Source: Nostoc sp. (GTDB taxonomy: Bacteria; Cyanobacteriota; Cyanobacteriia; Cyanobacteriales; Nostocaceae). Taken from it: DNA of 64,000 nt. Every line of letters starts with the position of its first letter. Position 1 is the first letter of the stretch. Below, in pieces: positions 10,478 to 20,515 of the stretch. The position numbers and the translations under genes were made by a program. The stretch lies in NCBI RefSeq assembly GCF_036917655.1, contig NZ_JBALCY010000076.1:105464-169463 (forward strand). Reading direction: 5' to 3'. The notes under the pieces were generated by a model, which did not search any database, was not told the DNA's origin, and worked only from the letters and a program-made list of their open reading frames with translations.

Positions 10478-10837
10478 CATTGTTTGTAATCCTATTACTG
10501 TTAAAGCATTAGTCAGATCAGGAATAGATACAAAAAACTATTTTATTTTTAATTTATTTATACTTTTTATTTAAGTAAAAATACCAATTAAATGAGAAAA
10601 TTGCCTAGAGTTTTGCAAGACAGATAATCACGGTAAAATCCTACAACCAAGAACGAAAAAGAAATACCCTACTCCCTATTTTCAAGACAGATTCTAGCTA
10701 GACCTGAATCTAATAATTTTAGTAGCAGTTTTGAAGCACTTCAAAATTATTGACAATAATTATTAATTCCTCTAATATTTAAAAGCAATTGCAAATCTTT
10801 TGCAATTCTCTTTTGGCGCTAACCGTAACTAAATCTC

Positions 10838-11863
10838 ATGCCCAACAACTTCGCTCTAGGTAACGAAAAACTGTGGAGCCGCCGTCAATTACTGAAGCTG
10901 GGCCTAGCAGGTGCTGGAGTGATTGGTGCAGCTGGACTTTGGCAGATGTTAAATCTACAAAGTAAGTCAATCGTCAAAGTGCCACCACTCGACATGGAAG
11001 TACCAGACGATGGTACTAACCCGATGAAGATGTTAAGGGATTTTGATTATGGGACGGTGAAGCAAGAAAATGGGCGGACTATCCGGGAATTTCAGTTAAC
11101 TGCGGGTACTTCCATAATAAAACTCAATAGTGCTGTTTCTTACAACATCTGGGATTTAAACGGTCGCATACCAGGGCCAACGCTACGGGCCAAACAGGGC
11201 GATCGCATCCGGGTACTATTTCTCAACAACGCCGGACATTCTCACTCTTTGCATTTTCATGGCGTTCATCCCGCAGAAATGGATGGTGTTCGCCCAATCA
11301 GCAATGGCAAAGCCACAATTTATGAATTTGATGCTGAACCCTATGGCGTTCACTTATACCACTGCCATATTCAACCCGTCACCCGTCACATCGCTAAGGG
11401 GCTGTACGGAATGTTTATCATCGATCCACCTACTCCCCGTCCCCTGGCTGATGAGATTGTATTAGTGATGGGTGGGTATGACGTAAATGATGATGGCCAT
11501 AATGATTATTATGCCTTCAACGGTTCGCCCCATCATTACATGCATCATCCCATTCCTATTTATCAAAATCAGTTGATTCGGCTGTATGTTCTCAACATTA
11601 TTGAATACGATCCGGCAGTAACGTTTCATCTCCACGCCAACTTCTTTGATGTCTATCGCTACGGCATGAGTATGACTCCTAGCGAGAAAAGTGATGTGAT
11701 TACGATGGGTGTAGCAGAAAGGCACATCTTAGAATTTGCTTTTCGCTATCCAGGTAAGTATATGTTCCATCCCCATCAGGATGCGATCGCAGAAAACGGT
11801 TGCATGGGTCAATTTGAAGTAGTTACCGAGAGCAAATCTCAAAATCCTGTTAAAAATTCTTGA
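10838..11863 (+). CDS. Tat-exported two-domain multicopper oxidase
   Basis: Twin-arginine signal SRRQLLKLGLAGAGVIGAAG. Copper-ligand motifs HSHSLHFHGVH, HCHIQP, HLH and HPHQD...C. Confidence 0.8.
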   Translation: MPNNFALGNEKLWSRRQLLKLGLAGAGVIGAAGLWQMLNLQSKSIVKVPPLDMEVPDDGTNPMKMLRDFDYGTVKQENGRTIREFQLTAGTSIIKLNSAVSYNIWDLNGRIPGPTLRAKQGDRIRVLFLNNAGHSHSLHFHGVHPAEMDGVRPISNGKATIYEFDAEPYGVHLYHCHIQPVTRHIAKGLYGMFIIDPPTPRPLADEIVLVMGGYDVNDDGHNDYYAFNGSPHHYMHHPIPIYQNQLIRLYVLNIIEYDPAVTFHLHANFFDVYRYGMSMTPSEKSDVITMGVAERHILEFAFRYPGKYMFHPHQDAIAENGCMGQFEVVTESKSQNPVKNS

Positions 11864-12035
11864 CAATATTATTAGTAATTCGTAATTAATTCCTTAAAGT
11901 TTTAGGTAAATAGTTGATAAAAAATCTCATTATATGCGACAGTACAATCTATGACAATGTGTCAAACAAATTACCTGATAGTAATAGTTTGAAATGTTTC
12001 AATTAATACCTTTTTTAGTTGTGCGAGGAGCAAAG

Positions 12036-13073
12036 ATGAGAAAACTTCGTTATATCTGTTTAACAGCAGCAGCAGCCTTAATAGTTACCTTGAGTTCATG
12101 TAGCAGTACACCAACCGCAGAAAATCCATCAGCACCAATTACTAGCCCTCAAGCTACAGAGGCAGTAAGTGAAAACAGTCATAGTAGTCACGGTGGCAAA
12201 GAAAAAATTAACATTAACACTGCTATATTGTCAGAATTGGATAAGTTGGAAGCCAAACTAGGTGTTCCGGCTTTATCGAACAAAATCCAGGCAAATCGTC
12301 CCTATGGCAGCCCAGAAGATTTAGTTACTAAAAAAGTAATTACTCAAGAGCAGTTCAACCAAATTAAAGACCAGGTTGGTGTTCAGGAAGTGGTACTCAC
12401 AGGTGAAGCAAAAGATGTTGACTATATGTCTAAATTAGGTTTAATGAAAGGGCATCTTTTGGTAGCACAAGAACTCCTGGATCAAAATCAGCCGAAACAG
12501 GCAGAACCTCATATAGGACATCCAGTTGAGGAGATTTACGTTGACGTAGAAGAACAATTGAATGAGCGCAAAGTCAAAGAATTTAAGACAACTTTGGTGA
12601 GTTTGCAAGATTTAGTGAAATCTAATCCTAAGAATAGCAAAGTTAAAACTAATTTTACTTCTTCGGTACAAGCCGTTGACGGAGCGATCGCAGCTTTGCC
12701 AGCAGATCAACGCTCAAAACCAGGATTTGTGCTACAGGTAATTAACGAATTGCTAGATTCAGCTAACTCCGAATATGGCGCTGCGATCGCAGATGGTAAA
12801 GTAACCGCGCCAATTGAGTATCAAGACTCTCGTGGTTTTGTGGTTTACGCCAATGATTTATACAAAGGAATTTCTAGTCAAGTAGCGCAAGCAGATCCCG
12901 AAGCACATAAAGCGATCGATGCTAGTTTCGCTGAACTAATAAAAGTTTGGCCCGCCGCCATCCCACCAGCAAAAGCAGTCAAAACTCCTAATGATGTTAC
13001 CAAACTGGTGAAAACCATTGAGGAAAACTCTCAAAAAGTGGTTGACAAATCCAATACCCAAGCACAGCTATAA
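12036..13073 (+). CDS. Lipoprotein with an N-terminal helix-hairpin-helix (ComEA-like) segment and a helical C-terminal domain carrying a possible HxxE motif
   Basis: Lipobox LTAAAALIVTLSSC counted from the internal ATG at 12036. HhH-like NINTAILSELDKLEAKLGVPALSNKIQANRPYGSPEDL. GHPVEE resembles the HxxE of the EfeO/imelysin-type M75 domain, but this is unverified. Confidence 0.6.
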   Translation: MRKLRYICLTAAAALIVTLSSCSSTPTAENPSAPITSPQATEAVSENSHSSHGGKEKININTAILSELDKLEAKLGVPALSNKIQANRPYGSPEDLVTKKVITQEQFNQIKDQVGVQEVVLTGEAKDVDYMSKLGLMKGHLLVAQELLDQNQPKQAEPHIGHPVEEIYVDVEEQLNERKVKEFKTTLVSLQDLVKSNPKNSKVKTNFTSSVQAVDGAIAALPADQRSKPGFVLQVINELLDSANSEYGAAIADGKVTAPIEYQDSRGFVVYANDLYKGISSQVAQADPEAHKAIDASFAELIKVWPAAIPPAKAVKTPNDVTKLVKTIEENSQKVVDKSNTQAQL

Positions 13074-13125
13074 CACTTTGATTTAATGGGAAGCATAGGG
13101 TAAGGAGTTTAAAATAATGAAATCG

Positions 13126-13255
13126 TTAGGAGGTAAGAGTTAGGAGTTATGAGTCGGGAGTTATGAATTAAGAGTTCTGAGTTAAGAATCCCGATCTGCT
13201 CCCTTGCCTATTTTTCAACTCCTCACTTCTAACTCCTAACTCCTAACTTCTTCCT
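13126..13255. repeat. Heptamer (GTTAGGA-type) STRR-like array forming a large imperfect hairpin
   Basis: gttaggaggtaagagttaggagttatgag ... ctcctcacttctaactcctaactcctaac. The left and right halves are complementary. It lies between two + strand genes. Confidence 0.6.
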
Positions 13256-13290
13256 AATTACACCCCATTCGTTACTTGAACTAACAACTG

Positions 13291-13725
13291 ATGCAAGAAC
13301 TTGACCACAAAAAAACCATTGACTTGCTGAACTCCATCATGGAATTTGAACTAGCAGGGGTAGTGCGCTATACACATTATTCTTTGATGGTGACTGGCCC
13401 TAACCGTATTCCAATTGTGGCTTTTTTCAAAGGACAGGCAAGTGAGTCTTTACTTCATGCCGAACAAGTGGGAGAAATTCTTACCGGTTTAGATGGGCAT
13501 CCCTCCCTGAAAATAGCCCCAATGGAAGAAACCTACCAGCATAAAGTCAAGGATATCTTGGCAGAAAGCTTATCCCATGAAAAAAAGGCGTTGGAACTGT
13601 ATAAAAATCTGCTCGAAACCGTCACCAATGCCAGCATTTATCTTGAAGAATTCGCTCGCGGCATGATTGGGCAAGAAGAGATGCATAATCTCGAACTGAA
13701 AAAGATGCTACGCGATTTTGGTTAA
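13291..13725 (+). CDS. Ferritin-like (Dps/bacterioferritin-type) four-helix-bundle protein
   Basis: 144 aa. ELAGVVRYTHYSLMV ... LLHAEQVGE ... ferroxidase-type E/H spacing, with EEMH near the C-terminus. Confidence 0.7.
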   Translation: MQELDHKKTIDLLNSIMEFELAGVVRYTHYSLMVTGPNRIPIVAFFKGQASESLLHAEQVGEILTGLDGHPSLKIAPMEETYQHKVKDILAESLSHEKKALELYKNLLETVTNASIYLEEFARGMIGQEEMHNLELKKMLRDFG

Positions 13726-13881
13726 TAGTTATTAGTCATTAATTATTGGCTAGGGACTAATGACAAAGATAGAAGTCTGAACGGAGCTAAAAACCGGAGT
13801 GGAGGAAACCTCCGCTCTGGATTTTTCAATATTTGGCTTCTGACCATAATAACTTTGGGGACAAAAGACAAAGGACAAAAG

Positions 13882-14850
13882 ATGAATTTTAGTACTGCTC
13901 TACCTACTTTTGTAATAACACTCCGAGAAGGAGTGGAAGCTGCCCTTGTTGTTGGCATTGTGCTAGCTTTGCTAAAAAAAGCTAAACAATCCCGACTCAA
14001 CTCTTGGGTATATGCTGGTGTCGGCGTTGGCATTGTCGTCAGTGCCTTAATAGGAGTGCTATTCAGTTGGGTAATTCAAGTACTGGGAGCGGCGAATCCT
14101 CAATACACCACCGTAGTTGAGCCAGCGCTAGAAGGTGTGTTTAGTGTGTTAGCGATCGCCATGCTCAGTTGGATGCTAATCTGGATGACTAAACAAGCCA
14201 GATTCATGAAAGCTACAGTTGAAGGAGCGGTAACAGAAGCGCTGACACAAAACTCAAATGCTGGTTGGGGCGTTTTTACCTTAATTTTAATTGCCGTTGT
14301 CCGCGAGGGCTTTGAAACTGTTTTGTTTGTTGCTGCTAATTTTCAACAAGGATTAATGCCAGCGTTGGGTGCTATTGGTGGTTTGGTAGGGGCATTTGCC
14401 ATTGGGGTGCTGCTATTTAAATGGGGTGTCAACATTAACATCCGCCAGTTTTTCCAGGTAATGGGCGTTTTATTAGTGTTGATTGTGGCTGGATTGGTGG
14501 TTTCAGCCTTGAAACATTTTGACGAGGCTGTGGCTAACCTTGCCCTTAGCAGTCGTGCCACAGAAAACCTTTGTTTCTATTACGAACGCTTTACTAAAGT
14601 CCACTCCTGTATTTTGGGGCCAATGGTTGCAAATACTTCTACAATCTTGCCTGACGAACAGTTTCCTGGCATTATCCTCAAATCTTTATTTGGTTACAGA
14701 GACAATCTCTATCTTGTCCAAGCAGTGGGATATGTGACCTTTTTACTCACCATTGGCGGACTGTATTTCCGCAGCCTTGGAGGTGCTTCTCCTGAAGGTA
14801 AAAAAAATATCCCCTTTGCTCAAAAACCAATTAGTTCTGCAAAGGATTAA
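13882..14850 (+). CDS. FTR1/EfeU-family high-affinity iron permease
   Basis: Two REGxE motifs (REGVEAALV and REGFETVLF) within a roughly 7-TM protein. The internal ATG at 13882 is preferred. Confidence 0.85.
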   Translation: MNFSTALPTFVITLREGVEAALVVGIVLALLKKAKQSRLNSWVYAGVGVGIVVSALIGVLFSWVIQVLGAANPQYTTVVEPALEGVFSVLAIAMLSWMLIWMTKQARFMKATVEGAVTEALTQNSNAGWGVFTLILIAVVREGFETVLFVAANFQQGLMPALGAIGGLVGAFAIGVLLFKWGVNINIRQFFQVMGVLLVLIVAGLVVSALKHFDEAVANLALSSRATENLCFYYERFTKVHSCILGPMVANTSTILPDEQFPGIILKSLFGYRDNLYLVQAVGYVTFLLTIGGLYFRSLGGASPEGKKNIPFAQKPISSAKD

Positions 14851-14920
14851 AAGCACAGTCATCGAAGAGGAAAAGGGGCAGGGGGAGAACCCTATACATA
14901 CACGTACAGATTATTGTAAC

Positions 14921-15140
14921 GGCACAACATTGTTCATAGGTGTCAACTTAACGTAAAAACCTGCCTATAACCAGCTTTTAGATTGTCTCGTTCCCAGTCT
15001 CCGACTGGGAATGCCGTTCAAGAGGCGGAGCCTCTTGAAAAGCGGCAGAGCCGCCAGGAGGCGCATTTCCAGCCAGAGGCTGGAAACGAGGTTTTAAAAG
15101 GGTTTGCGCTTAAGTTGACACGTATGAACAATGTTGTGCC
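14921..15140. mobile_element. MITE-like element, family B, copy 1 (~220 bp)
   Basis: Terminal inverted repeats ggcacaacattgttcata(ggtgtcaactta) / (taagttgacac)gtatgaacaatgttgtgcc, with internal stem-loops. It is closely similar to 24463..24679. Confidence 0.7.
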
Positions 15141-15475
15141 CCTCATTTACCTGAAAAAAACCTGTAAATGTATTGGCTTAAATGGTTAAGATCTGGGAGG
15201 CTCCCACTCAAGAACAGCTTGCCTAAACAGATAACTTTCCTTAACCAAAAAGTATTAATCTCAACCCCAGCAAGCATTTCCATCAGCAGCGATAAAAGTC
15301 CGAAAATTCTCAGCATCCTCTCAGGCAACTTCTAATATTTTTTTAATCTTGCTTTCAGAAATGAATCCTATAGTGATGACAACATTAGTAAAGAATCACC
15401 GATGAAACTCCACAAAATTATTCGGAGTTAGTAGTGTCGGTTTGCTATTCAATAAACGCAGGGCTTTAAAGTCTT

Positions 15476-16156
15476 ATGTCAATTCGCAGTTTTACTCTCT
15501 CCCGATACTTATTACTCTGCTTGTGCATCATTTCGCTGACATCTGTTGTAATAATGCGTAGTGCGTCCTATGCAATACTTTTTAATCCCGCTACTGATAT
15601 CTCAACTTCTACAGCTAAGGGAAAACAGACGGCAGTTCTCGCAGGAGGATGCTTTTGGGGAATGGAAGCGGTTTTTGAGCATCTCAAAGGTGTTTCTGAT
15701 GTTGTTTCTGGCTTTTCTGGTGGCAGTGCAGCAACCGCAAACTACGAACTTGTCAGTTCTGGATTGACTGGTCATGCTGAGTCAGTAAAAATCACCTATG
15801 ATCCATCACAAATCTCATATGAGCAGCTTTTGAAAATTTACTTTCTGGTGGCACATGACCCAACACAGTTGAATCGACAAGGCCCCGACTCAGGAAAGCA
15901 ATATCGTTCAGTGATTTATTTTGCTAATGACGAGCAGAAGCGGGTCGCCCTTGATTATATCAATCAACTAAACAAAGCACACATCTTTCACAAGCAGATA
16001 GTGACTCAACTACTTCCCTTAAAGAGTTTTTATCAAGCCGAAGAGTACCATCAAAACTTTATTGACCGCAATCCGAATTACCCTTACGTGGTGGTAAATG
16101 ACTTGCCGAAGTTGGCTCAACTGCAATCACAGTTCCCCAATATATATAAGAAGTAA
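15476..16156 (+). CDS. msrA: Peptide-methionine (S)-S-oxide reductase MsrA with an N-terminal signal/anchor
   Basis: Active-site motif GGCFWGMEAVF and a conserved ...GHAESVKITYDP... segment. Confidence 0.9.
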   Translation: MSIRSFTLSRYLLLCLCIISLTSVVIMRSASYAILFNPATDISTSTAKGKQTAVLAGGCFWGMEAVFEHLKGVSDVVSGFSGGSAATANYELVSSGLTGHAESVKITYDPSQISYEQLLKIYFLVAHDPTQLNRQGPDSGKQYRSVIYFANDEQKRVALDYINQLNKAHIFHKQIVTQLLPLKSFYQAEEYHQNFIDRNPNYPYVVVNDLPKLAQLQSQFPNIYKK

Positions 16157-16230
16157 GCTTTAATTATTCACGTCCACTTACTTAGAAGGTGAAAACAAGA
16201 TTTTAAATTATATTTATTGAGCTAAGTCCC

Positions 16231-17157
16231 TTATGGTGCAAACAACACTTGCTTAAGCTGCTGACAAGCCTTTTGAATTGCATCTATACTACCTGGATTC
16301 ACCAGACCAAAATAATCAAACACATAAACTCGGTTATTTTTAGTTGCTTGCAGTTGCTGCCAAAAAGCTTCCTTTTTCAGCGAATCTAAAAGCGCCGCTT
16401 CCGAATTTCCTTGTGGAGGATTAACTAAGATTATCACCTCTGGATTTGCTTCTAAAACTTTCTCAGCCGAAAGCGTCACATAGCCACCAATTGGACTTTT
16501 TCCTTGTAAATCTGCTGCTATATTTTTCGCCTGGAATTTCGCCAGCAAATCCCCTGCCCAACTATTTTTATTCGGCGCTAAAATTGGTTGACGACTAACC
16601 AGCGCTAGAGTAGAAAAACCCTGAGTTGGCTTTTCTGGCAAGAAAGTTTTGTAACGATTTAACAAAGGCTGAGGATCAGCGTCAATTGATTTAGCAAGTG
16701 TTTTAGTAAGTTCTTCTAGAGATTCCCAGTTATTTACCTTAGTGAGAAAGGTCGGAATTCCTAGCTGCTGAAGTTTTTGAATTGGGATGTTAGAAAAACC
16801 TTCTGCACCAATAACTAAATCTGGTTTGAGTGCTACCACTTTTTCTAAATTTGGCGGACTTTGACCTTCACTAACACGGGGAATATCCTGGAATCTGGAG
16901 TCATTCTTAAATAATCTGCTACCAGTGATTCCGACAATTTTTGTTTGATCAAGTCGAGAGATAATGTCAGCAGCAAGAGAAGAAAGAGCAACAACTCTTT
17001 TTGCTGAAGCTTTTGGTAATTGTTGAGAATTTGTGTTTATCGTCTCAGTAGGGTTTGTGACTTTTGTTTGTGGCTGCTGAGTGGTTGCAGTAGTGCAAGC
17101 AGCTAAAACTATACTCATCAAAAGTGCTAAAGCAGATAAGAGCCAACGACGATGCAT
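16231..17157 (-). CDS. ABC-transporter periplasmic substrate-binding lipoprotein (FecB/BtuF-type, iron-siderophore or cobalamin)
   Basis: Lipobox LAAC. KRVVALSSLAADII ... LKPDLVIG ... VILV motifs typical of class III binding proteins. Confidence 0.75.
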   Translation of the reverse strand: MHRRWLLSALALLMSIVLAACTTATTQQPQTKVTNPTETINTNSQQLPKASAKRVVALSSLAADIISRLDQTKIVGITGSRLFKNDSRFQDIPRVSEGQSPPNLEKVVALKPDLVIGAEGFSNIPIQKLQQLGIPTFLTKVNNWESLEELTKTLAKSIDADPQPLLNRYKTFLPEKPTQGFSTLALVSRQPILAPNKNSWAGDLLAKFQAKNIAADLQGKSPIGGYVTLSAEKVLEANPEVIILVNPPQGNSEAALLDSLKKEAFWQQLQATKNNRVYVFDYFGLVNPGSIDAIQKACQQLKQVLFAP

Positions 17158-17601
17158 ATTAAAGTTCCTTCTGGGGTAATAATGGCATAAGAAGCATACT
17201 CAGCACCATATTCAAAAATCGCAAATGTAGCTTTTAGCAGCTATAAATTACCAAGCGGGATCAACGAAGCCAGAGATTGAAAAGATGTGGCTAATGACAA
17301 CAGCTAAAAGTTAGGGTATCCTTGGTTCAAAAATCATACTGGTTTTGGTAGATTTTCATTAACTAAGGTAAAGACGGAATCTACCCAATAGTAGACTAAA
17401 CTTGCTTTGTATTCAGATGTTTTATCCTGCCCTGTATGCGTTTATGTATTCATAAAAAAATGCGGCAACACAAATAGGGCTTTGGCGGTCTTGAAAAAAT
17501 AGGTTTTAAAACCCTTACTACTTAACTATATAATTCGATACACGTTGCCTACAATTATCTGAATTGGGGTCGATGATTATTGTGTCCATCTACTGGTAGG
17601 T

Positions 17602-19101
17602 ATGTCTAACCATCCTTTGAACATTGCAAGATCAACATTATTTTGGCGGCGTCTATTCGCTGTTATTTTCACTACTAGTTCGTTGCTCCCCAACTTTGTC
17701 AGCGAACCAGCAAGGGCGCAAGTAACCCAGTATTGTCAGTTACCATCAGCGGCGGCGCAAGAAAAAGAAAACTTACGTTTATCAGCCCTCAAAGGTAAGC
17801 AAGATGCTCAAACGCGCTACCAAAACATTCTACAAAAACAGGCACAAGAATTACGGGAGTGCCGCACTCGAACTTGGCCACAAATCCAAGCCATTTGGTT
17901 GCGCTTGTATCCCTGTGACATTCAGCCAGGAACAATTGATCAGGTTATGGATCGGATTGTCAACCGTGGCTATAACCAAGTTTATTTAGAAGTATTTTAC
18001 GACGGGCAGGTATTATTGCCAGTAAAAGCTAACCCGACGGTTTGGCCTTCTGTGATTCGCACTCCAGGGGCAGAAAACGCTGACTTACTCGCCACAGCAA
18101 TTAAAAAAGGTCGGCAACGCGGTTTGAAGGTCTACGCCTGGATGTTTACCACAAATTTCGGCTATACTTACGCCCAGCGCCGAGATAGAGAAAGTGCGAT
18201 CGCTCGTAATGGCAAAGGTCAAACGAGCCTATATGTTGTTGATAACGGCTCTCAACTATTTATCGACCCCTACAACCTGCAAGCAAAACGCGACTACTAC
18301 CAATTAGTACAACAAATTTTGCGCCGTCGCCCAGATGGCTTGCTATTAGACTACGTGCGCTATCCGCGCCAAATGGGAAGTGATTCCATCGCCACCAAAG
18401 TTTCAGATTTATGGCTATTTACTCCCGCAACCCAAGAAGCTTTATTTAAACGGGCACAGAATTACAAAGGGCTAGACTTAATTCGCCGCTTTTTGAGTAA
18501 GGGATACGTCACTGCGGGAGATATAGCGGAAGTTGATAAACTTTATCCCCAAGAAGGGGAACCCCTCTGGCAAGGACGCACTCTCCCATCAGCGCAAAAG
18601 TCAATCCTGGCTGCAACCGACAGACAACCACTTTTACAGTGGGAGTTGTGGCAGCTTGCCGTTGCCCACGCCATGCAAGGAATTCTGGATTTTGTCACCA
18701 TCGCTAGTTACCCAGCAAAGCAGCAAGGTATTGCCACAGGAGTGGTGTTTTTTCCTGATGGCAACCAAACTGTCGGACAAGGATATGATTCCCGTTTACA
18801 ACCTTGGGATCGGTTCCCCACAACATTAGAGTGGCATCCCATGTCTTATGGGAATTGCGGTAATGTTAGTTGTATTGTCGCGCAAGTGCAGCGGGTTTTG
18901 AGTATGGCAAAACCGGGTACTCAAATAATCCCAGCTTTAGCTGGTCAGTGGGGAAAATCCGTCAGTAATCGTCCATCCCTAGAAGTACAAATGCAGGCAC
19001 TTCACCAATTTGCTCCCCAACTGAAGGGAGTTAGCCATTTTGCCTATTCTTGGCAATATCCTGAGAGTGATAACGATCGCAAATTCTGTCGGGTTAAGTA
19101 G
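17602..19101 (+). CDS. Glycoside-hydrolase-like GHL10 (DUF187/YngK-type) family protein
   Basis: 499 aa with a signal-like N-terminus. NRGYNQVYLEVFYDGQVL ... LKVYAWM ... LDYVRYP pattern of a TIM-barrel GHL10 protein. Confidence 0.6.
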   Translation: MSNHPLNIARSTLFWRRLFAVIFTTSSLLPNFVSEPARAQVTQYCQLPSAAAQEKENLRLSALKGKQDAQTRYQNILQKQAQELRECRTRTWPQIQAIWLRLYPCDIQPGTIDQVMDRIVNRGYNQVYLEVFYDGQVLLPVKANPTVWPSVIRTPGAENADLLATAIKKGRQRGLKVYAWMFTTNFGYTYAQRRDRESAIARNGKGQTSLYVVDNGSQLFIDPYNLQAKRDYYQLVQQILRRRPDGLLLDYVRYPRQMGSDSIATKVSDLWLFTPATQEALFKRAQNYKGLDLIRRFLSKGYVTAGDIAEVDKLYPQEGEPLWQGRTLPSAQKSILAATDRQPLLQWELWQLAVAHAMQGILDFVTIASYPAKQQGIATGVVFFPDGNQTVGQGYDSRLQPWDRFPTTLEWHPMSYGNCGNVSCIVAQVQRVLSMAKPGTQIIPALAGQWGKSVSNRPSLEVQMQALHQFAPQLKGVSHFAYSWQYPESDNDRKFCRVK

Positions 19102-19207
19102 ACTTTTTGCAGAAGTAGTGAAAGGGATTGAATTTCCCTTTCAACTTATAGAATCACACACTTTACAAATTCATACCAAATATACTAAACACAGTCATAA
19201 CTACAGC

Positions 19208-19840
19208 TTAAGTATAGTGGGCAGTGAGTCGTTGGAATGCCGACGGTGCTGGACTATCTGCGAGGTGCTGGCGGATCACCTCGGCACACGCACCTGGGCT
19301 TAATAACGAGGTATCAACTTCAAGGTCATAGATGCCAGGGATATGGACTTCAAGTTGCCATAACTGAACCGGACGTGGCATCGGGGAGTCGGCTGCACTT
19401 CCCACGTTCCACCCCGTATTTTGTCGTCGTTCCATAATGATCTCGATGGGGCAGCTAACGCCTACGAACAAGACCGGCAATCCGTTCAAACGCCGGGCAC
19501 TATCGGCCAGAATGCCCCGCTCCATTGCGTAGGCGTCATGGTGTCCGACATCAACCACGACATTTAGACCCAAGCGGCTGTGGGCGGCGATGGACTCATA
19601 CATGGCGCTGTACAGAATGGGAACGAGGGGTTCGATGTCCTGGCGTTCTCCCCCTGGCCGCAGACCGATCCCAGGCAGGTATCGTGCGGGAGTCATTTGC
19701 ATAAACCTATCGACACCCAAGTTCATCCACACGCCATCAAATGTCTCCTGGATGACTGCGACAATGCTCGACTTCCCCGCTCGCGGGACACCATTCAGGA
19801 TGATAATCTGTCCTAGCTCCTGTATCTGCCCCATGATCAC
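19208..19840 (-). CDS. Chloramphenicol-phosphotransferase-like (CPT family) P-loop kinase
   Basis: P-loop IILNGVPRAGKSSI followed by F..VWMNLGVDRF, as in the CPT family. The gene is visibly GC-richer than its flanks. Confidence 0.7.
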   Translation of the reverse strand: MIMGQIQELGQIIILNGVPRAGKSSIVAVIQETFDGVWMNLGVDRFMQMTPARYLPGIGLRPGGERQDIEPLVPILYSAMYESIAAHSRLGLNVVVDVGHHDAYAMERGILADSARRLNGLPVLFVGVSCPIEIIMERRQNTGWNVGSAADSPMPRPVQLWQLEVHIPGIYDLEVDTSLLSPGACAEVIRQHLADSPAPSAFQRLTAHYT

Positions 19841-19873
19841 TCCTTGCGTGCCTAATATATTTTATACTCGGAA

Positions 19874-20476
19874 TTAACTTAAAGCCAAGTCGTCTGGTGT
19901 ATTACAGTTAAACAGCATTTCTGGTTCTGATAAGGGCAAAACTTCTACAGGATATTGCCGAAGCCACTGCTGAAACGATCGCCCCCCTTGGTTGATAAAC
20001 TCTAGGAGTTGTGGCAAACAGCGACGGCGATAGAAACCACATAGAGGTTCCCAACCTTTAGGATGATCAGCTAAAGCTGCGATCGCATTATCCCCCACGC
20101 TATCAAGTTTAGTTACCCAATCTTGCAACACCTCAACCCGCAACCTCGGCAAATCGCAAGCTAGCAGCAGCACCCAACCTGTCTGTACTTCGGCTAGCCC
20201 TTGGGCAAACCCAACTAGAGGCCCGTGGGCTACAGATTCTCCAGACAAAGGTACTTCCCGGATAAACCGACAACTAGGCAAAAGCAAGTCTTGATAGCGT
20301 TCTGGCCAGGGAGTGACTATATAAACAGCATCAGCACAGCTTTGAGCAACACCACAAACTCGCTGTAACAACAGCACCCCTTGAATTGGAATCAAGGCTT
20401 TATCTCGACCCATGCGAGAACTCTTACCGCCTGCTAAGACTATGGCAGTTAATTCGCTACGGGTCGTCATTGTCAC
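19874..20476 (-). CDS. mobA: Molybdenum cofactor guanylyltransferase MobA
   Basis: AIVLAGGKSSRMGRDKALI N-terminal signature, LLACDLP motif, 200 aa. Confidence 0.85.
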   Translation of the reverse strand: MTMTTRSELTAIVLAGGKSSRMGRDKALIPIQGVLLLQRVCGVAQSCADAVYIVTPWPERYQDLLLPSCRFIREVPLSGESVAHGPLVGFAQGLAEVQTGWVLLLACDLPRLRVEVLQDWVTKLDSVGDNAIAALADHPKGWEPLCGFYRRRCLPQLLEFINQGGRSFQQWLRQYPVEVLPLSEPEMLFNCNTPDDLALS

Positions 20477-20515
20477 TTCACCTAATTCACGGTTATGCGT
20501 CTGATGTTGCCAAAA

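Noticed and set aside
14983-15189. 68-aa ORF, and similarly 62018..62325
   Set aside because: They lie entirely inside MITE-like repeats. Their sequence is dictated by the GC-rich stem-loops of those elements.
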